From Azolla caroliniana (taxonomy: Eukaryota > Plantae > Polypodiophyta), in the NCBI GenBank assembly GCA_043228905.1, contig JBHGNT010000005.1, positions 8,122,001 through 8,186,000 of the forward strand: a DNA stretch of 64,000 nucleotides, in the 5' to 3' direction. The position numbers and the translations under genes were made by a program. Below are positions 62,252-64,000 of the stretch, piece after piece (the first letter of the stretch is position 1; the number at the start of each line of letters is the position of its first letter). Under the pieces are notes generated by a model that did not search any database, was not told the DNA's origin, and saw only the letters and a list, made by a program, of their open reading frames with translations.

Positions 62252-63105
62252 TCCTTAGCCAATTCATGCAAACACCGTGTGATAATCACTTGGAGTGTGC
62301 TAAGTGAGCGGCACAATGGATTACGACATCTTCTACAAGACCGCAATGCCAATACGAATCGAGGGGTACACAGACGCCGATTGGGCCGGCTACAAAGCCA
62401 ATAGAAGATCAACCTCCAGAATTTTTTTTTCCCTCGGCAGTGGAGCAATATCCTGGAGTAGCAAAAAGCAACCAACTGTTGCTCTTTCGAGCACAGAAGC
62501 GGAATACAGGGGCACAACAGTGGCCGCATGTGAAGCCGTATGGCTCAAAAGGATACTCAAGGATCTGGGCGTACCCATCAAGGATCCGACTTCCGTTTAC
62601 TGTGACAACATGAGCAATATCTATCTGGCTCGGAACCCGGTGTTCCACGTGTGGACAAAGCACATTGAAGTGCACTATCACTTCATCCGAGAGCGCGTTC
62701 TAGCTGGCGATGTCGACCTACAACACATTAGCACCAATCTTCAAATGGCCGACATCTTCACTAAAGCCTTAGGAGCCGACAAGCTATGGCAATTCATGAC
62801 TGATCTCGGATTGACGATCCTTGACCTGCCAAGCTTGAGGGGGAGTATTGAAGACATTAAGCAATAAGGCGTGGATTACGCAACCGCTCAACGAAGCCGC
62901 GAAGAGGCGATCTACCGTGCAAAGCCGCGAAGAAAGATGCAAGACGAAGCACAGACTTTGCAACTACACACAACGCAAGCTGGAGCACGGATTCCACAAT
63001 TCCGCATAAAGTGAGTCGACGCGAGTTGATGCGTACTCCGGAACGCGAGTCGAAGCGGATTTCGGATACCGTCTGAAACCGACCCGACTTGAGCTTGAGG
63101 GGGCG

Positions 63106-63498
63106 TGTTGAGAATCAAGCTCAACTTGGTCTAGTGTGTGAACTCACCTTGAGAGTGAATAGACACTCGAACGGTCAAGAGTCACCATTATGTCACCTCT
63201 TTGTATTCTAGCATTTAGTATGAGTCATAGAATCATATTCTATGACACATAACTTATGAGCTTTCATATTCCCCATGCTCCATGATTCTTGTAGTTAATG
63301 AAGAGAGAGGGTGACTATATAAAGCACCCTCCTCCCACCTTGTATAATGTTAAGTCTTTCTCCTTTGTTAATACAATCTACCTTGCGTATACTCTGTGTC
63401 TTACTCCTTGTCTCTCTCACTCACTCACTCTCTCTCTCATACACACACATAGTTCACACCTATTCTGCTTCACAAGAATCCATATCCGATTCTTTACA
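63106..63498 (+). repeat. 3' LTR of copia E (393 bp)
   Basis: TGTTGAG...CTTTACA; direct repeat of 53217-53587. Confidence 0.93.
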
Positions 63499-64000
63499 TT
63501 AATTAAGACAAAGAATTAGGGAGAACTTGGACTGGTGGATCCGGTTCACCAAAGTAAGGGTCTACTTGGTACATTTTTGGTGCGAAGTCTACAACCCGGA
63601 TCAGAATTGTGGAAGGTGCTCCTTAGGAACAAAGCTGACCTTTAGTGTCCCAAGAATGATGGTCCTTGGCAGGCAAATACATGGTGGTTGTTCAGTCCAG
63701 CTCTAAAGTCGAAAGAACCGACTAGCATGGAGGATAGGGTGGTTTGCACCATAATGAAGGCAATGTCAAGTTTAAGAGAAGGGTTGGTCTTAATGCAACC
63801 GAAAACACTGGATGAGCAGGTACGACAACCGTTGTTTTGGAACCCTAGGATTAGAAGTGAAGATGGTATGATGCTTGGACATCAAAAGTACTTGCCTTGG
63901 GGGAGGATGCTAGGGTACAAGATTAGGTCGGTACACGATTGGGAGTTCTTCAGCATGAAGAGGCGGGCGAGACATGCTGTTAGTTGTAGGAGTACTGGAA

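Larger units (their letters stand above)
53217..63498 (+). mobile_element. Ty1/copia family E (related to F), degenerate, hosting copia A2
   Basis: 5' LTR 53217-53587 (first about 26 bp missing); PBS TGGTATCAAAGC 53588-53599; gag-pol 53747-57433 plus 62252-62867; 3' LTR 63106-63498. Confidence 0.95.
42539..64000 (+). mobile_element. L1-clade LINE, degenerate, split into 42539-43299, 49192-53216 and 63499 to beyond 64000
   Basis: ORF1 continuous across copia F (KCSFIC|KLLGG) with knuckle CFYCKKKGHIAKEC near 49695; ORF2 from 50728: APE (LTWNIQG, LQE, GDFN, IDRIY, SDH), RT (PGSDG, QTGF, DFEKAYDRV, VRQGCPLAP, YADD), then GELGLVDP after 63499. Confidence 0.92.

Overview
Eukaryotic, TE-dense genomic DNA, most likely from a non-seed land plant and probably a moss. 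This is inferred from the TE lineages present: tRNA-Trp-primed FLDD-type Ty3/gypsy, a Tcn1-like self-priming chromovirus, and RTEX-like and L1 LINEs. About 80% of the window is nested retroelements. The left block (1-31.8 kb) holds a five-layer nest (copia in gypsy in gypsy in gypsy in copia), a chromovirus, two solo LTRs, a hAT MITE and several truncated copia/LINE pieces. The right block (42.3-64 kb) is an L1 LINE split by two copia elements, one of which carries a young copia with an uninterrupted gag-pol ORF. Between the blocks is an AT-rich island with one host gene, a spliced GT31 beta-1,3-galactosyltransferase (about 35969-40019, + strand). The most notable observations are: antisense tRNA-like A/B-box cassettes in the LTRs of two unrelated gypsy families; a -1 frameshift signal with a pseudoknot located after the protease; a Gag with a long unknown tail; strong CCGG enrichment in young elements; doubled PPTs in two copia families; and a minisatellite that repeats the host gene's start codon. 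All coordinates and counts were read by eye and no database searches were run.
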